From the NCBI GenBank assembly GCA_038230375.1, contig JBBRNJ010000013.1:32001-96000 (forward strand): a DNA stretch of 64,000 nt. The letters are read 5' to 3'. Origin of the DNA: Polyangiales bacterium. Its GTDB lineage: Bacteria > Myxococcota_A > Polyangia > Polyangiales > Polyangiaceae. The notes beneath the pieces were generated by a model. That model saw nothing but the letters and a program-made list of their open reading frames with translations, ran no database searches and had not been told where the DNA came from. Made by a program: the position numbers and the translations under genes. Below, one piece after another: positions 29,159-38,004 of this stretch (within the stretch, counting starts at the first letter, position 1; the number at the start of each line of letters is the position of its first letter).

Positions 29159-31162
29159 TCACTCGCAGACGACTGCGACGACCTTGGTGAAGTCCCCGGC
29201 CAGCAATGCCGCGCGCGGCAGCATGAACGCGAGATCCTGGACGTCGCCCCATTCCATGCCCGCCTCGTCGTCGCTCTTGCAGAGGAAGAGCAGCTCCATG
29301 TCGTCCGTCTGCTCGCCGTTGTCGTGTTCGCGGAAGCCAAGGAGCTGGTTCGCGCCGGACGAGTAGGTGAACACGCTGTCGGTGTATGCGTCTGACTTGT
29401 CCTCCGGCACCAGCCGCGTTGCCAGTGGATGGGCATGGGGCGGCACACCGAGCATCTGCCATGCGCGGAGCGTGCACGCTGCGAATGGCTCCCGGAATAC
29501 GTGCTCGTGCGGACGCAGGTCGAACCCCTCGGGCACCGTCGCGCGCTCGAGCGGCCCATCGAGCAGCATCACCTTCACGGCTCCCAGGTAGTCGAGCGGC
29601 TCGCCGAACTCGTCCTGGACGAAGAACGAGAGCAGGCCCTTCTTTGGAAGCAGGCCGTCCACGTCGAGGGGTGTGAGGTCCTCCATGCGCAGCTGCGCGA
29701 CGAACGAGAAGATCTGGTGGCCAAGGCGAGGCCATTCCATTCCCTTCGGTAGATCCGGACAGCCACCCAGCTTCGTCGCACCCACGGGGATCACCGCGTC
29801 CTCGGTGCGCGTGGAGAAGAGCTGGATGCCCGGGCGGATCAACGCGGTGGCGACGTCCTTCGCGATGCCGGCCTCTGCGAACGCCTCGAGAAGATCCTTT
29901 CGCTGCGCCGCGAGCGACGACTCCGGCGGCGGTGATGCAGGCTTCGATGGCGCGAGCTGTCGCCTCTGCCGCGGCAGCTTCGCGGCCGTCGGGACAACCG
30001 CAGGGACCGGCGCTGGGCCGCGCCGTTCGAGCTGTGTCGCCACGGCATCCACGAGCTCGATCTCTCCCGCGAGCTGCGCGGCCTCGGGACGTGCGCGCAG
30101 GCTTTTCTCGTGGGCGCGAAGTGCGGGCGCGGCAGCTGGATCGCCGCACCGACGCAGCGCCTCCAGGATGACGTCCTTTCGTCCGGTGTTCATGTGCAGC
30201 GCGCGCAGCAGGACGGGTGTGGACTGGGCGTCGCCGCAGATCCCGAGCAGGCGGATCGCGTCGTCGAACACGAAGGTCATCTTCGCGGGGTCGCCGAAGA
30301 ACCGCAGCACGGCGTCCTGCATCCGCGGATGGACCGGCAGCTTGAGCAGGATCGAGAGCACCTGGAGCTGGATGTTCAGCTTCCCCGAGTCGAGTAGCGG
30401 CAAGACGCGTTCGAGCCATCGCTCGTCGACCCGTGGTGATTCGTCGAAGACCGCGAGCATCACGCTCGAGGCTCGCGGCTCCCCGAGCAACGGCGAGAGC
30501 TCGTCGAATGCGGCGCTCTTCTCGCGCTTGAGGATGGCGCGCGCGCCCAGGCGATGTACTTGCGCGAGCGCGTTCGGATCGCCCTCGACCGACAGCAAGG
30601 TCGCGAGCGCGTCCAGCGTTGCGCGTTCATCGGGCCTCACGTCGAAGAGCATCCGTGCGAGGAGCTCGCGGACCTCCCACGGCACTGCTACGTCCGCGAT
30701 CAGCTCACGCAGACGCGCGGCGCCTTCCTCGTGCTGTGCGGCGGCGTGTCCCACCCAGCGAAACCACCACGCGCGGTCCCTGCTCGCTGTTTCGGCCTTG
30801 TTGTACGCGGCTTTGTAGGCGCGCCGCTCCTTCGGGGGCAGCTTGTCCGCGTCGTCCAGATGCAGCGCGCCGAGCTCCAGCCCTTCGCGAACCAGCAGCG
30901 CCGCAAGCGACGCGCCCGGAAGTCGCTTTGCCTCGCTCGCGAGTCGCTGATGGGCCGGGACGCTGTCGGGGCCGCCGGCCATGATCGCGCGCGCGATCTC
31001 GTCCACGGTGGCGTCGCCCGATGCGGGCTCGGGCAGCGGCGCGGGCGACCTGCTCAGCGAGAAGCCAAGGAGCGTGGTCGGCACCTCTGCGGCCTTCGTG
31101 GAGGCTGTCTTCTTCGAAGCTGCCTTCTTCGCCGCCTTCGGCTTCGCCTTGTTCTCGACCAT
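29159..31162 (-). CDS. HEAT-like helical repeat protein with a C-terminal YwqG/DUF1963 domain
   Basis: TKLGGCPDLP..WP, FVAQL, LPKKGLLSFF, QLLG and WGD...F......L.AGDF motifs. Leu/Ala-rich helical N-half. Confidence 0.82.
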   Translation of the reverse strand: MVENKAKPKAAKKAASKKTASTKAAEVPTTLLGFSLSRSPAPLPEPASGDATVDEIARAIMAGGPDSVPAHQRLASEAKRLPGASLAALLVREGLELGALHLDDADKLPPKERRAYKAAYNKAETASRDRAWWFRWVGHAAAQHEEGAARLRELIADVAVPWEVRELLARMLFDVRPDERATLDALATLLSVEGDPNALAQVHRLGARAILKREKSAAFDELSPLLGEPRASSVMLAVFDESPRVDERWLERVLPLLDSGKLNIQLQVLSILLKLPVHPRMQDAVLRFFGDPAKMTFVFDDAIRLLGICGDAQSTPVLLRALHMNTGRKDVILEALRRCGDPAAAPALRAHEKSLRARPEAAQLAGEIELVDAVATQLERRGPAPVPAVVPTAAKLPRQRRQLAPSKPASPPPESSLAAQRKDLLEAFAEAGIAKDVATALIRPGIQLFSTRTEDAVIPVGATKLGGCPDLPKGMEWPRLGHQIFSFVAQLRMEDLTPLDVDGLLPKKGLLSFFVQDEFGEPLDYLGAVKVMLLDGPLERATVPEGFDLRPHEHVFREPFAACTLRAWQMLGVPPHAHPLATRLVPEDKSDAYTDSVFTYSSGANQLLGFREHDNGEQTDDMELLFLCKSDDEAGMEWGDVQDLAFMLPRAALLAGDFTKVVAVVCE

Positions 31163-31233
31163 GAGGGAGTCATACGACAGGAGCAGCGCCAGCGCACGTG
31201 ATCAGCGCGTCGGACCGGGTGTAGACTGTGCGC

Positions 31234-31845
31234 ATGTCGAGCGCCCGGCGGCAATTGCGTGAGCTCCTCGATCGCCGCCTCGACGCGGTCGATCGGAGCG
31301 ACACCAACGAGATCGCGCAGATCGACGCCGAGGTCGCGCGGCGCTTCGAGCGGCCTATGGCCGTGATGATCACCGACACGAGCGGCTTCACCGCGCAGAC
31401 CAAGGCGCATGGCGTCACGTTCTTCCTCATGAAGATGCGGCGGCTCTTTCGCATCGCCGAGCCCATCATCCTTCGTCACGGCGCGGAGCTCGTGAAGGTC
31501 GACGCGGACGATCTCTTCATCGTCTGCGACAGCGCGGATGCGCTCCTCCAGGTCGCGCGCGAGCTGCTCGCTGCGCTGGACGAATACAACGTCGTCCACA
31601 CCGACTTCCTCGGTATCTCGGTGGGCCTCGGCTTTGGCAACACCCTGGTCATCGAGCGCGACATCTTCGGGGACGCCGTGAACACGGCATCGAAGCTCGG
31701 CGAGGACGTCGGGCTCGTCTCCGAGATCCTCGTCACGCAATCCTTTCTCGCGGCGCTCAATCCGGAGAACGCCGCAGCGTGCACCACTGTCGACCATGTG
31801 TCGCGCGGCGGAAAGTTCCCCTTCTACGCGTGCGCGCGTTCTTAG
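31234..31845 (+). CDS. Stand-alone class III nucleotidyl (adenylate/guanylate) cyclase domain protein
   Basis: ITDTSGFT, LVKVDADD, VGLGFG and DIFGDAVNTASKL. TAGACT lies 6 nt upstream. Confidence 0.85.
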   Translation: MSSARRQLRELLDRRLDAVDRSDTNEIAQIDAEVARRFERPMAVMITDTSGFTAQTKAHGVTFFLMKMRRLFRIAEPIILRHGAELVKVDADDLFIVCDSADALLQVARELLAALDEYNVVHTDFLGISVGLGFGNTLVIERDIFGDAVNTASKLGEDVGLVSEILVTQSFLAALNPENAAACTTVDHVSRGGKFPFYACARS

Positions 31846-31899
31846 CGCCGCGAGGGGTTCGGTCCAGTGGCAGCCGCTCGTGCTGCTACGCTCACCGCG

Positions 31900-32280
31900 A
31901 TGCCCCTCGTTCAGATCCATTCCTTCCCGCCGAGCGACCCGAAGACCATCCCGCGGCTCGTGACGCAGGTAAGAGACGCAGGCGCCGCTGCGTTTGCGTG
32001 CGCGCCCGACAACATCTGGGTGCAGTTCATCCCACTTGCGCCAGGGCACTACGTGCAGGGCAGCGGGGCCGCCGCCGAGACCGTGCATGCGGACTCGCAC
32101 CCGCCAGTGGTGGTGATCCGTGCCCAGCGCGGACGCTCACGAGAGCAGCTCACCGCCCTCGCGACCGCGATCTCAGAGACCTTGGCAGAAGGCCTTGGCA
32201 TCCCAGGCGAGAACGTGTGGATTCACTACCAGGAGATGGAATCCGCAGACGTATTCTTCAAGAACCACTGGTCGGCCTAA
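31900..32280 (+). CDS. Tautomerase-superfamily protein (Pro-1, two fused beta-alpha-beta units)
   Basis: Starts MPLVQIH. Internal duplication PDNIWVQF / GENVWIHY. GRSREQ. TACGCT lies 7 nt upstream. Confidence 0.78.
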   Translation: MPLVQIHSFPPSDPKTIPRLVTQVRDAGAAAFACAPDNIWVQFIPLAPGHYVQGSGAAAETVHADSHPPVVVIRAQRGRSREQLTALATAISETLAEGLGIPGENVWIHYQEMESADVFFKNHWSA

Positions 32281-32296
32281 GTCGCGGCGAGCCATG

Positions 32297-32342
32297 GACG
32301 CGACAACGTTGTCGCGTGACGCGACCATATTGTCGCGTCACG
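32297..32342. repeat. Two tandem 21-bp units, each palindromic
   Basis: GACGCGACAACGTTGTCGCGT (32297-32317, containing a perfect 20-bp palindrome) followed by GACGCGACCATATTGTCGCGT (32318-32338). Confidence 0.9.
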
Positions 32343-32349
32343 GTTCCGG

Positions 32350-33048
32350 CTACTTCAGAGACTTGTGGGCCTTCACCATCGCCCGGATGAAGTGCTCGAG
32401 CGCCGCGACCGGGACGCGGTGGAACGAGAGATAGCCTTCCCTCTCGCTCACGAGCACGTCTTCGAGTGAGGCGATGCCCTCGAGCGAATGCGTGATCGCC
32501 GTGTGCGCAGCGGACCTGGGGCGCTTCTTCGACTTCCCCGTCAGCGCGGTCGTCGCAGCGCGGACCTCGGCGACGGTCGCGTGCGCGAGCGACTTCGTTC
32601 CGCTCTTCACCGGAACGCGCAGCCTGTCGAACGCGATCGGAAGCGGCGGGTGCTCCGGCAACATCCCGATCTTGGCGCTCACGAATCCGATGGCCGCATC
32701 CAGCTTCGCAATGCCGTAGTGCTCCTCCTCCGCTGGTGACGCGAACTTCGCGACCCGCACGAACCTCTCCGCCTGGCGCGGCTCCTCGCGCATCACCTTG
32801 CGATAGAAGTCGTGTGCCCCGGCGATACCTCCAGCAAAGAACAGCGGCGGTGAGTGCTCCACGATCTTGCCGGCCGCCTCCCAGCGAACGTCGAAGTCCT
32901 TCTTCTCGTTCGCTGACGCCTGCGAGATCACCGCGACGAGTCGCCTGTATTCGCGCTTCAGCGCAGGGTCCACGTGGATGACCACTGCGGCCGTCCTCTT
33001 CGCTGGGCTCTTCTTCGTCTTGTGCGGTGTCGCTCTTCGCTTTGTCAT
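32350..33048 (-). CDS. Hypothetical basic protein, putative HTH-like DNA-binding protein
   Basis: C-terminal part of ORF 32350..33537 from MTKRRATPHK. AAGGAGG RBS and ATGA overlap with the panE stop. FY...M.EEPRQAERFVRVA...YGIAKL pattern. Confidence 0.7.
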   Translation of the reverse strand: MTKRRATPHKTKKSPAKRTAAVVIHVDPALKREYRRLVAVISQASANEKKDFDVRWEAAGKIVEHSPPLFFAGGIAGAHDFYRKVMREEPRQAERFVRVAKFASPAEEEHYGIAKLDAAIGFVSAKIGMLPEHPPLPIAFDRLRVPVKSGTKSLAHATVAEVRAATTALTGKSKKRPRSAAHTAITHSLEGIASLEDVLVSEREGYLSFHRVPVAALEHFIRAMVKAHKSLK

Positions 33049-34115
33049 GATGCCCTCCTTGGCTCCTCTTCTTCGTGTAGTGCGGACCAGAGCGCGTCGG
33101 GGGACAGTCCCGGCGAGCCCTTCTTCTCTTTCTCTGCGGCGTGGACCATCTCGACGATGCGCTCGTTCAGCGGGGCGCTTGCTCCGCAGGTCTTCGCCAG
33201 CGCGACGATCTCGCCGTTCAGGAAGTCGATCTCCGTCGTTCGTCCGCGCGTGAGGTCCTCCCACATCGAAGAGCGTGCCTCGGGATCCATCTGAAGCTGC
33301 GCGCGTGTGACCACCCGCAGCACTGCGGTGGGCAGCCCCAGGATCGTGGGGAAGTACCGCACCGGTATGGCGCCGAGCTTCGCGGGACGGATCTTCGCGG
33401 CGTCGAGCACCACCAGCGCCTCGCCGATGAGCGCGCGCAGCACGCGCCTGTAGCCCGGCGTGAAGATCAGCTGCGGCGTGGGCGCACCCGACAGCGCACT
33501 GACGGCGTTGTTCAGGTTCATCATCAGCTTCGACCACTGCTTGGACCGGATGTCGGTCGGCAGCTCCATCTCGAAGCCGCTCTCGGTCAGCGCCGCGCCG
33601 AGCGCCCTCACGCGCGCAGCAACGTCATGGGCGTCACCTGTCGCGTCGCCTGGCATCTCGATCGCGAGCGGCCCCGTGGTGCCGCGCTGGAACGTGCCCC
33701 CGTCCTTCGACACCACGTTGAATCCGACGATCCCACCGAGCACGATCTTGCCCGGCATCACCTGCCGCAACGTCTCTGCGTTCCGCACGCCGTTCTGCAT
33801 GCTCACGACCAGCGCGTCCTTCCGCACGACCTGCGCAAGCGCGCGGCCTGCTTCCTCCGTCTGCCCGCTCTTCACGCAGACCAGAATGACGTCGCGGTCG
33901 GCAAGCATCGCGACGTCGGTCTCGACACGGACCTTCTCCTTCGCGACGACCTCGACCGCACCACCGATATCGGTGAGTCGCAGGTCATGCGCCGTGAGCT
34001 CGGCCTTGACGCGCTCGCGTCCAATGAAGAGCACGTCGCGTCCGCGCGCGAGCAATCGGCCGCCGACGTAGCAGCCGATCGAACCCGCGCCCATGACTCC
34101 GATCGTGAGGGCCAT
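33045..34115 (-). CDS. panE: 2-dehydropantoate 2-reductase (ketopantoate reductase family)
   Basis: VMGAGSIG, VCVKS, SMQNG, WSKLMMN and SSMWEDL..GRTTEIDFLNG. Confidence 0.9.
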   Translation of the reverse strand: MALTIGVMGAGSIGCYVGGRLLARGRDVLFIGRERVKAELTAHDLRLTDIGGAVEVVAKEKVRVETDVAMLADRDVILVCVKSGQTEEAGRALAQVVRKDALVVSMQNGVRNAETLRQVMPGKIVLGGIVGFNVVSKDGGTFQRGTTGPLAIEMPGDATGDAHDVAARVRALGAALTESGFEMELPTDIRSKQWSKLMMNLNNAVSALSGAPTPQLIFTPGYRRVLRALIGEALVVLDAAKIRPAKLGAIPVRYFPTILGLPTAVLRVVTRAQLQMDPEARSSMWEDLTRGRTTEIDFLNGEIVALAKTCGASAPLNERIVEMVHAAEKEKKGSPGLSPDALWSALHEEEEPRRAS

Positions 34116-34204
34116 CACGCGACAAGCTATGACGCTGAGGGGAGAGGCGACACAGAAAAACTCGACACCTCCACCTGGCGCTTCTGTCGTGTCACAATCA
34201 CCGC

Positions 34205-34879
34205 GTGAACCACGTCGCCAGGAAGATCGCAGCGCCGCTCGTCGTGTCGCTGGTGCTTGCAATCGCATCCGTCGCGCACGCGCAAGAGCCGCCGCCGGTG
34301 GCTCCGCCAGACCCGGTCGATGCGCCGCCCGCGCCGCCGCCGCCTGCCGACGACCCGCTGCAACCGCAGGCGCCCATCGCCGAGGTGCGGCCGCCGCAGC
34401 CGCCACCTCCAGTTCCTGAGCCGCCGATGAGCGAGGGACGTCAGCTCGTCGTCGCTTACAACGATGGCTTTCACTGGGGGCTCTCGCCGGGCATCGTCGT
34501 CGTGCACGGTGACGTGGGCTTCGCGCTCGGCGTCGCGTTCGGCTACGGCTTCGACACCGGGACCGTGCTGGTCGTTCCCGGCGTGCAATTGAGTGCATAC
34601 TTCACGGATCCCACCGTGCTCGTTGGTTTGCCCAACGTGCGGCTGGTGCTCCCGATCGATCGCTTCGCGCCGTTCATCGTCGGTGGTGCCGGCATCGGCA
34701 ACGTGGGTAAGCATGACGCGGTCGCATCCGCGACAGGCGCGGCTCTTCTCGCGGGCGGCGGCTTCATGGTCCACATCTCGAGCCGCCTCGCGCTCGGTGC
34801 AGAGGTGAACTATCAGACCATCACCGGCACGGACTTCAGCGCCATCGGCGTGGGCCCCATCATCGCGATCGGGTTCTGA
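34205..34879 (+). CDS. Small outer-membrane beta-barrel protein with a Pro-rich N-terminal region
   Basis: Signal peptide ending AHA-Q, amphipathic beta strands (APFIVGGAGIG, ALGAEVNYQ) and a terminal Phe. Confidence 0.75.
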   Translation: MNHVARKIAAPLVVSLVLAIASVAHAQEPPPVAPPDPVDAPPAPPPPADDPLQPQAPIAEVRPPQPPPPVPEPPMSEGRQLVVAYNDGFHWGLSPGIVVVHGDVGFALGVAFGYGFDTGTVLVVPGVQLSAYFTDPTVLVGLPNVRLVLPIDRFAPFIVGGAGIGNVGKHDAVASATGAALLAGGGFMVHISSRLALGAEVNYQTITGTDFSAIGVGPIIAIGF

Positions 34880-34898
34880 TCTTCTTCTGTTTCAACCG

Positions 34899-35420
34899 CT
34901 ATGGTTGACGGACGCCGGTGCCAACGGTGGTGCACTCGAAGACAGGAGCGCCGCCGTCGTCCTCCACGGTCTTGTACGTGGCGGTGACGGTGAGGGTGCC
35001 GTCGGGGTTCCCGTGCTCAACGTAGTGACTGGTCGCCGTTTGACCGTTCTGGTCGCTCTTGCAGTCGACGGTGAAGTCGCAGCCATCTCCGCTGAGCGTC
35101 GCCGTGCAACCGGGCCCGAAGTCGCCAGATGCAAAGCCCGCGTCCATGAGGTTGCTCGTCACCGTGCCCGTGGTGTCCTTGCAAGCCGTCTGGCCTGAAG
35201 CATCTACGTCCGGGCCAACGGTGGCCTTGTTCGTGACGTCATACTTGCCGTCCAATATTCTGCCGCAGGCGCCGCTGCCACCGTCCGTGTCGCCTCCACC
35301 CTCCGCCTTGTCGCCGCCGTCGTTCCCCGTCGTGGCGGTCGTTGTGGTGGAGCTGCTGCAGGCAACCACAAGGCCGATGGAAGAAAGTGCCGCAATCCCG
35401 ATGATGATTCGAATGTGCAT
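34899..35420 (-). CDS. Hypothetical lipoprotein
   Basis: Lipobox LVVAC-SSS, DGG linker and six further Cys. Confidence 0.72.
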   Translation of the reverse strand: MHIRIIIGIAALSSIGLVVACSSSTTTTATTGNDGGDKAEGGGDTDGGSGACGRILDGKYDVTNKATVGPDVDASGQTACKDTTGTVTSNLMDAGFASGDFGPGCTATLSGDGCDFTVDCKSDQNGQTATSHYVEHGNPDGTLTVTATYKTVEDDGGAPVFECTTVGTGVRQP

Positions 35421-35617
35421 TTTTCGCCGTCCTCAGAATAGGTGAAGTGATCGTTGTCCTGGTTGGACGATGAAGCCCAGAACTCGGTGCACGCGAGGCG
35501 CGGCAGATTGCGCGCGCAATTCCGCCACAGCTGTCGCATCGGCGCGAGGCGCGACCCAGGGCCGACGCCGCTGGACGCACCATCGACGTGGGCACGGACC
35601 TCGCACGTCGCGCCCCT

Positions 35618-36589
35618 ATGCCGCCCTCGCAACCTCGATCGCAAAGGAAGCTGCTGGGGGCTCTTGCGGTGGTGGTTGCAGCCCTGGCGCTGGGCGGAGC
35701 CATCGCGTGGAAGCGCATGCCCCTGGGCGCCGCGGGGTTGGTGCCAGAGACACCTGAGCAACCACAGGCCAAGGCCGATTGGTGTCCGGCCACCATGGAG
35801 GCCATGCGCGGTGATGGGTGCTTCGCAGCGCCCGCGTCGCCGACCCATGCGCCGCTTCTGGTCTACATTCACGGCATGTACGGCGCGGAGGGCGCGCCCG
35901 ACGAGGCAACGCGACAGGAGCGCGTCGTGCGGCTCGGCGTGCAGAAGGGCTTTGCAGTTCTCATCTTCCGCGGAGAAAAGGGCGAGTGCAAGAACGCGCA
36001 GATCCCCGACTACGTGTGCTGGCCGAGCAACCCGCGCAACGAGGCCGACGGGCCGGCGTTCGTCGCGCGCTGGCAGCCCGCGCTTGACGACGCCGCGAAG
36101 CGCACGGGCGGCTCGTCGCCGCGCTACCTCCTTGGCTTCTCCAATGGGGCCTACTTCGCGTCGCTCATCGCCACGCGCGCGCTCGTGAAGTTCGACGGCG
36201 TCGCGATCGCACACGGCGGTCCGGTGGAGCCGACGCGATCGACCGGGCCGAAGCCGCCGCTGCTCCTCATCTCCGCAGACGACGACCCTTCCGATGGCGA
36301 GATGGGACTCCTGGATCAAGAGCTCGCGCGCGAGGAATGGCCACACGTGGTCGTCGCACGCGAGGGTGGGCACGCGCTCCTCGACTGGGACGTTGACGTG
36401 GCGCTCACGTTCTTCCAGCGAATCCAGAAAGAGCGAATGCCGCTCAGCCCTGCGCTTGCGCGTGGACGCAGGCCCACCCCTCCGCCGTCATCCGACCCCA
36501 GCGAACCACCGACCGACGCCGCCGCGCCGCAGACGCCGACCGACGTGCCCGCGCGGGAGACGCCGGTCGACGAGCCGCCGTCACCGTAG
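35618..36589 (+). CDS. Membrane-anchored alpha/beta hydrolase (esterase-like)
   Basis: N-terminal TM, YIHG, GFSNG nucleophile elbow, SADDD and GGH. Confidence 0.8.
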   Translation: MPPSQPRSQRKLLGALAVVVAALALGGAIAWKRMPLGAAGLVPETPEQPQAKADWCPATMEAMRGDGCFAAPASPTHAPLLVYIHGMYGAEGAPDEATRQERVVRLGVQKGFAVLIFRGEKGECKNAQIPDYVCWPSNPRNEADGPAFVARWQPALDDAAKRTGGSSPRYLLGFSNGAYFASLIATRALVKFDGVAIAHGGPVEPTRSTGPKPPLLLISADDDPSDGEMGLLDQELAREEWPHVVVAREGGHALLDWDVDVALTFFQRIQKERMPLSPALARGRRPTPPPSSDPSEPPTDAAAPQTPTDVPARETPVDEPPSP

Positions 36590-36626
36590 CTGAGTTGATG
36601 GCAGTCATTTCAGAGGATCAGATCCA

Positions 36627-37025
36627 ATGCGCCGCCTCGCCAACACCCTCGCTCTCGTGATGACCTGCGCCGCCTGCAATGGTGTGCTCGGGAACGAGGA
36701 CGCCACACTCGAAGCGGATGCCGCGAGCTCTCCCGCGTCAGGAAGCGCCAGCCGTGACGTGGATGGCGCCGCTGCGGCGAATCCCGGAAGCGTCAACGCC
36801 AACGCCGACGCGGGCTCCACGGCGGACGATGCAAGCTTGCCCGGCACCGACGCTGGCTCTGTGACGTCCCTCGACAGCGGCGCCGTCTGTCCGGCCAATC
36901 AGACGATGTGCGACGCGCTCTGCGTGGATCTTCGCTCCGACCCACTGCACTGCGGCACCTGCACGACGGTGTGCGCGGCGCCGCCCATGTGCACCAACGG
37001 CAAGTGCAAGCACGGCAAGAACTGA
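36627..37025 (+). CDS. Small lipoprotein with a myxobacterial Cys-rich (CVD..SD..HCG.C) module
   Basis: Lipobox CAAC-NGVLG and CVDLRSDPLHCGTCTTVC. Confidence 0.75.
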   Translation: MRRLANTLALVMTCAACNGVLGNEDATLEADAASSPASGSASRDVDGAAAANPGSVNANADAGSTADDASLPGTDAGSVTSLDSGAVCPANQTMCDALCVDLRSDPLHCGTCTTVCAAPPMCTNGKCKHGKN

Positions 37026-37030
37026 GCGCC

Positions 37031-37942
37031 TCAGAACACGCCCACCAAGCCCAGGCCGCCGCCCTTCTCGAGCATGATGGGCATGGGCGCGACGTAGCCG
37101 AACGACGTCTTCATGGCCGTATCGACCTTCTTCGTCTGGAAGAGGCGGTAGTGAAGGAGCGACGGAAGGAGGTAGCCGACGCCCGCCCCCACGGCGGAGC
37201 CGACGATCACGTCCGACGCCCAGTGCCGGTCTGCGACGATGCGCAGCACGCCCGTGGTGGTGGCCAGACCCACCATGCCGGCGCAGGCGAGCGCGTCCGG
37301 GACGCCACCGCCATACAGCGGAAGGTTCTGGTGATGCGCGCAGGTCAGCCCCGCCGACGTGAACGCGGCTGCGGGATGCCCGGCGTAGAAGCTGCGGAAT
37401 GAATCGCCCCGGCTACATGCCGCCGCATCGGGAGAGTCGGGGAGCCCCTGCCCGCACGACGAGAACGGAGGCCTGGCGCGACCGACGAGATGCTCCGTGC
37501 CCAGCGTGAAGACGCCCGCGAGCCCGAACGCCTGCATGTCCATGAGGGTGAGCTGCGCCGCAACATCCACATTCTGATGCACGCCGAGCGCGACCACGTA
37601 GTTGTCGACGACCAAAGGCCACGCGGCCATGCCGATGAAGATGAAGTCGCTCGTGGTGGATGCGGTGTGCTGGGTGCGCTCGTCTCCCTTGAGGAAGCTC
37701 CGCGAATCCTTGTCGAACAGGATCGGCCCGCTCCACGTCGCGTGATCGGGATACGGCAGCGCATCGATCACGAAGATGCTGGCGCCAAGCCCCACCGACA
37801 CGAGCGCCTCCGGCCAATGCACCCGGCGCCAGGCCGTGTCGTCCCACTCCACCTTCGCCGCTTGCTCTGCGTGCGCAGGCGACACACCGAGCACGATTGG
37901 CACGACCGAAACGAGGGAGAGAGCGAGCGCGCGGGCGCGCAT
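37031..37942 (-). CDS. PAP2-superfamily phosphatase
   Basis: VGRARP, SFYAGH and LRIVADRHWASDV motifs. Signal peptide. C-terminal GLGLVGVF. Confidence 0.85.
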   Translation of the reverse strand: MRARALALSLVSVVPIVLGVSPAHAEQAAKVEWDDTAWRRVHWPEALVSVGLGASIFVIDALPYPDHATWSGPILFDKDSRSFLKGDERTQHTASTTSDFIFIGMAAWPLVVDNYVVALGVHQNVDVAAQLTLMDMQAFGLAGVFTLGTEHLVGRARPPFSSCGQGLPDSPDAAACSRGDSFRSFYAGHPAAAFTSAGLTCAHHQNLPLYGGGVPDALACAGMVGLATTTGVLRIVADRHWASDVIVGSAVGAGVGYLLPSLLHYRLFQTKKVDTAMKTSFGYVAPMPIMLEKGGGLGLVGVF

Positions 37943-38004
37943 GACTACGCGCGAGGCTCGGTGTCGGTGGATGGCCATCCCATCCGTGGAGCAAATTCTG
38001 GGCC

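Noticed and set aside
31234..31845. Cyclase as a Pycsar/CBASS-type defence system
   Set aside because: No adjacent TIR or TM effector, and the residues look adenine-specific.
32297..32342. Palindromic repeats as a mini-CRISPR or an intrinsic terminator
   Set aside because: There are only two units with no spacer and no U-tract on either strand. Kept as a candidate binding site instead.
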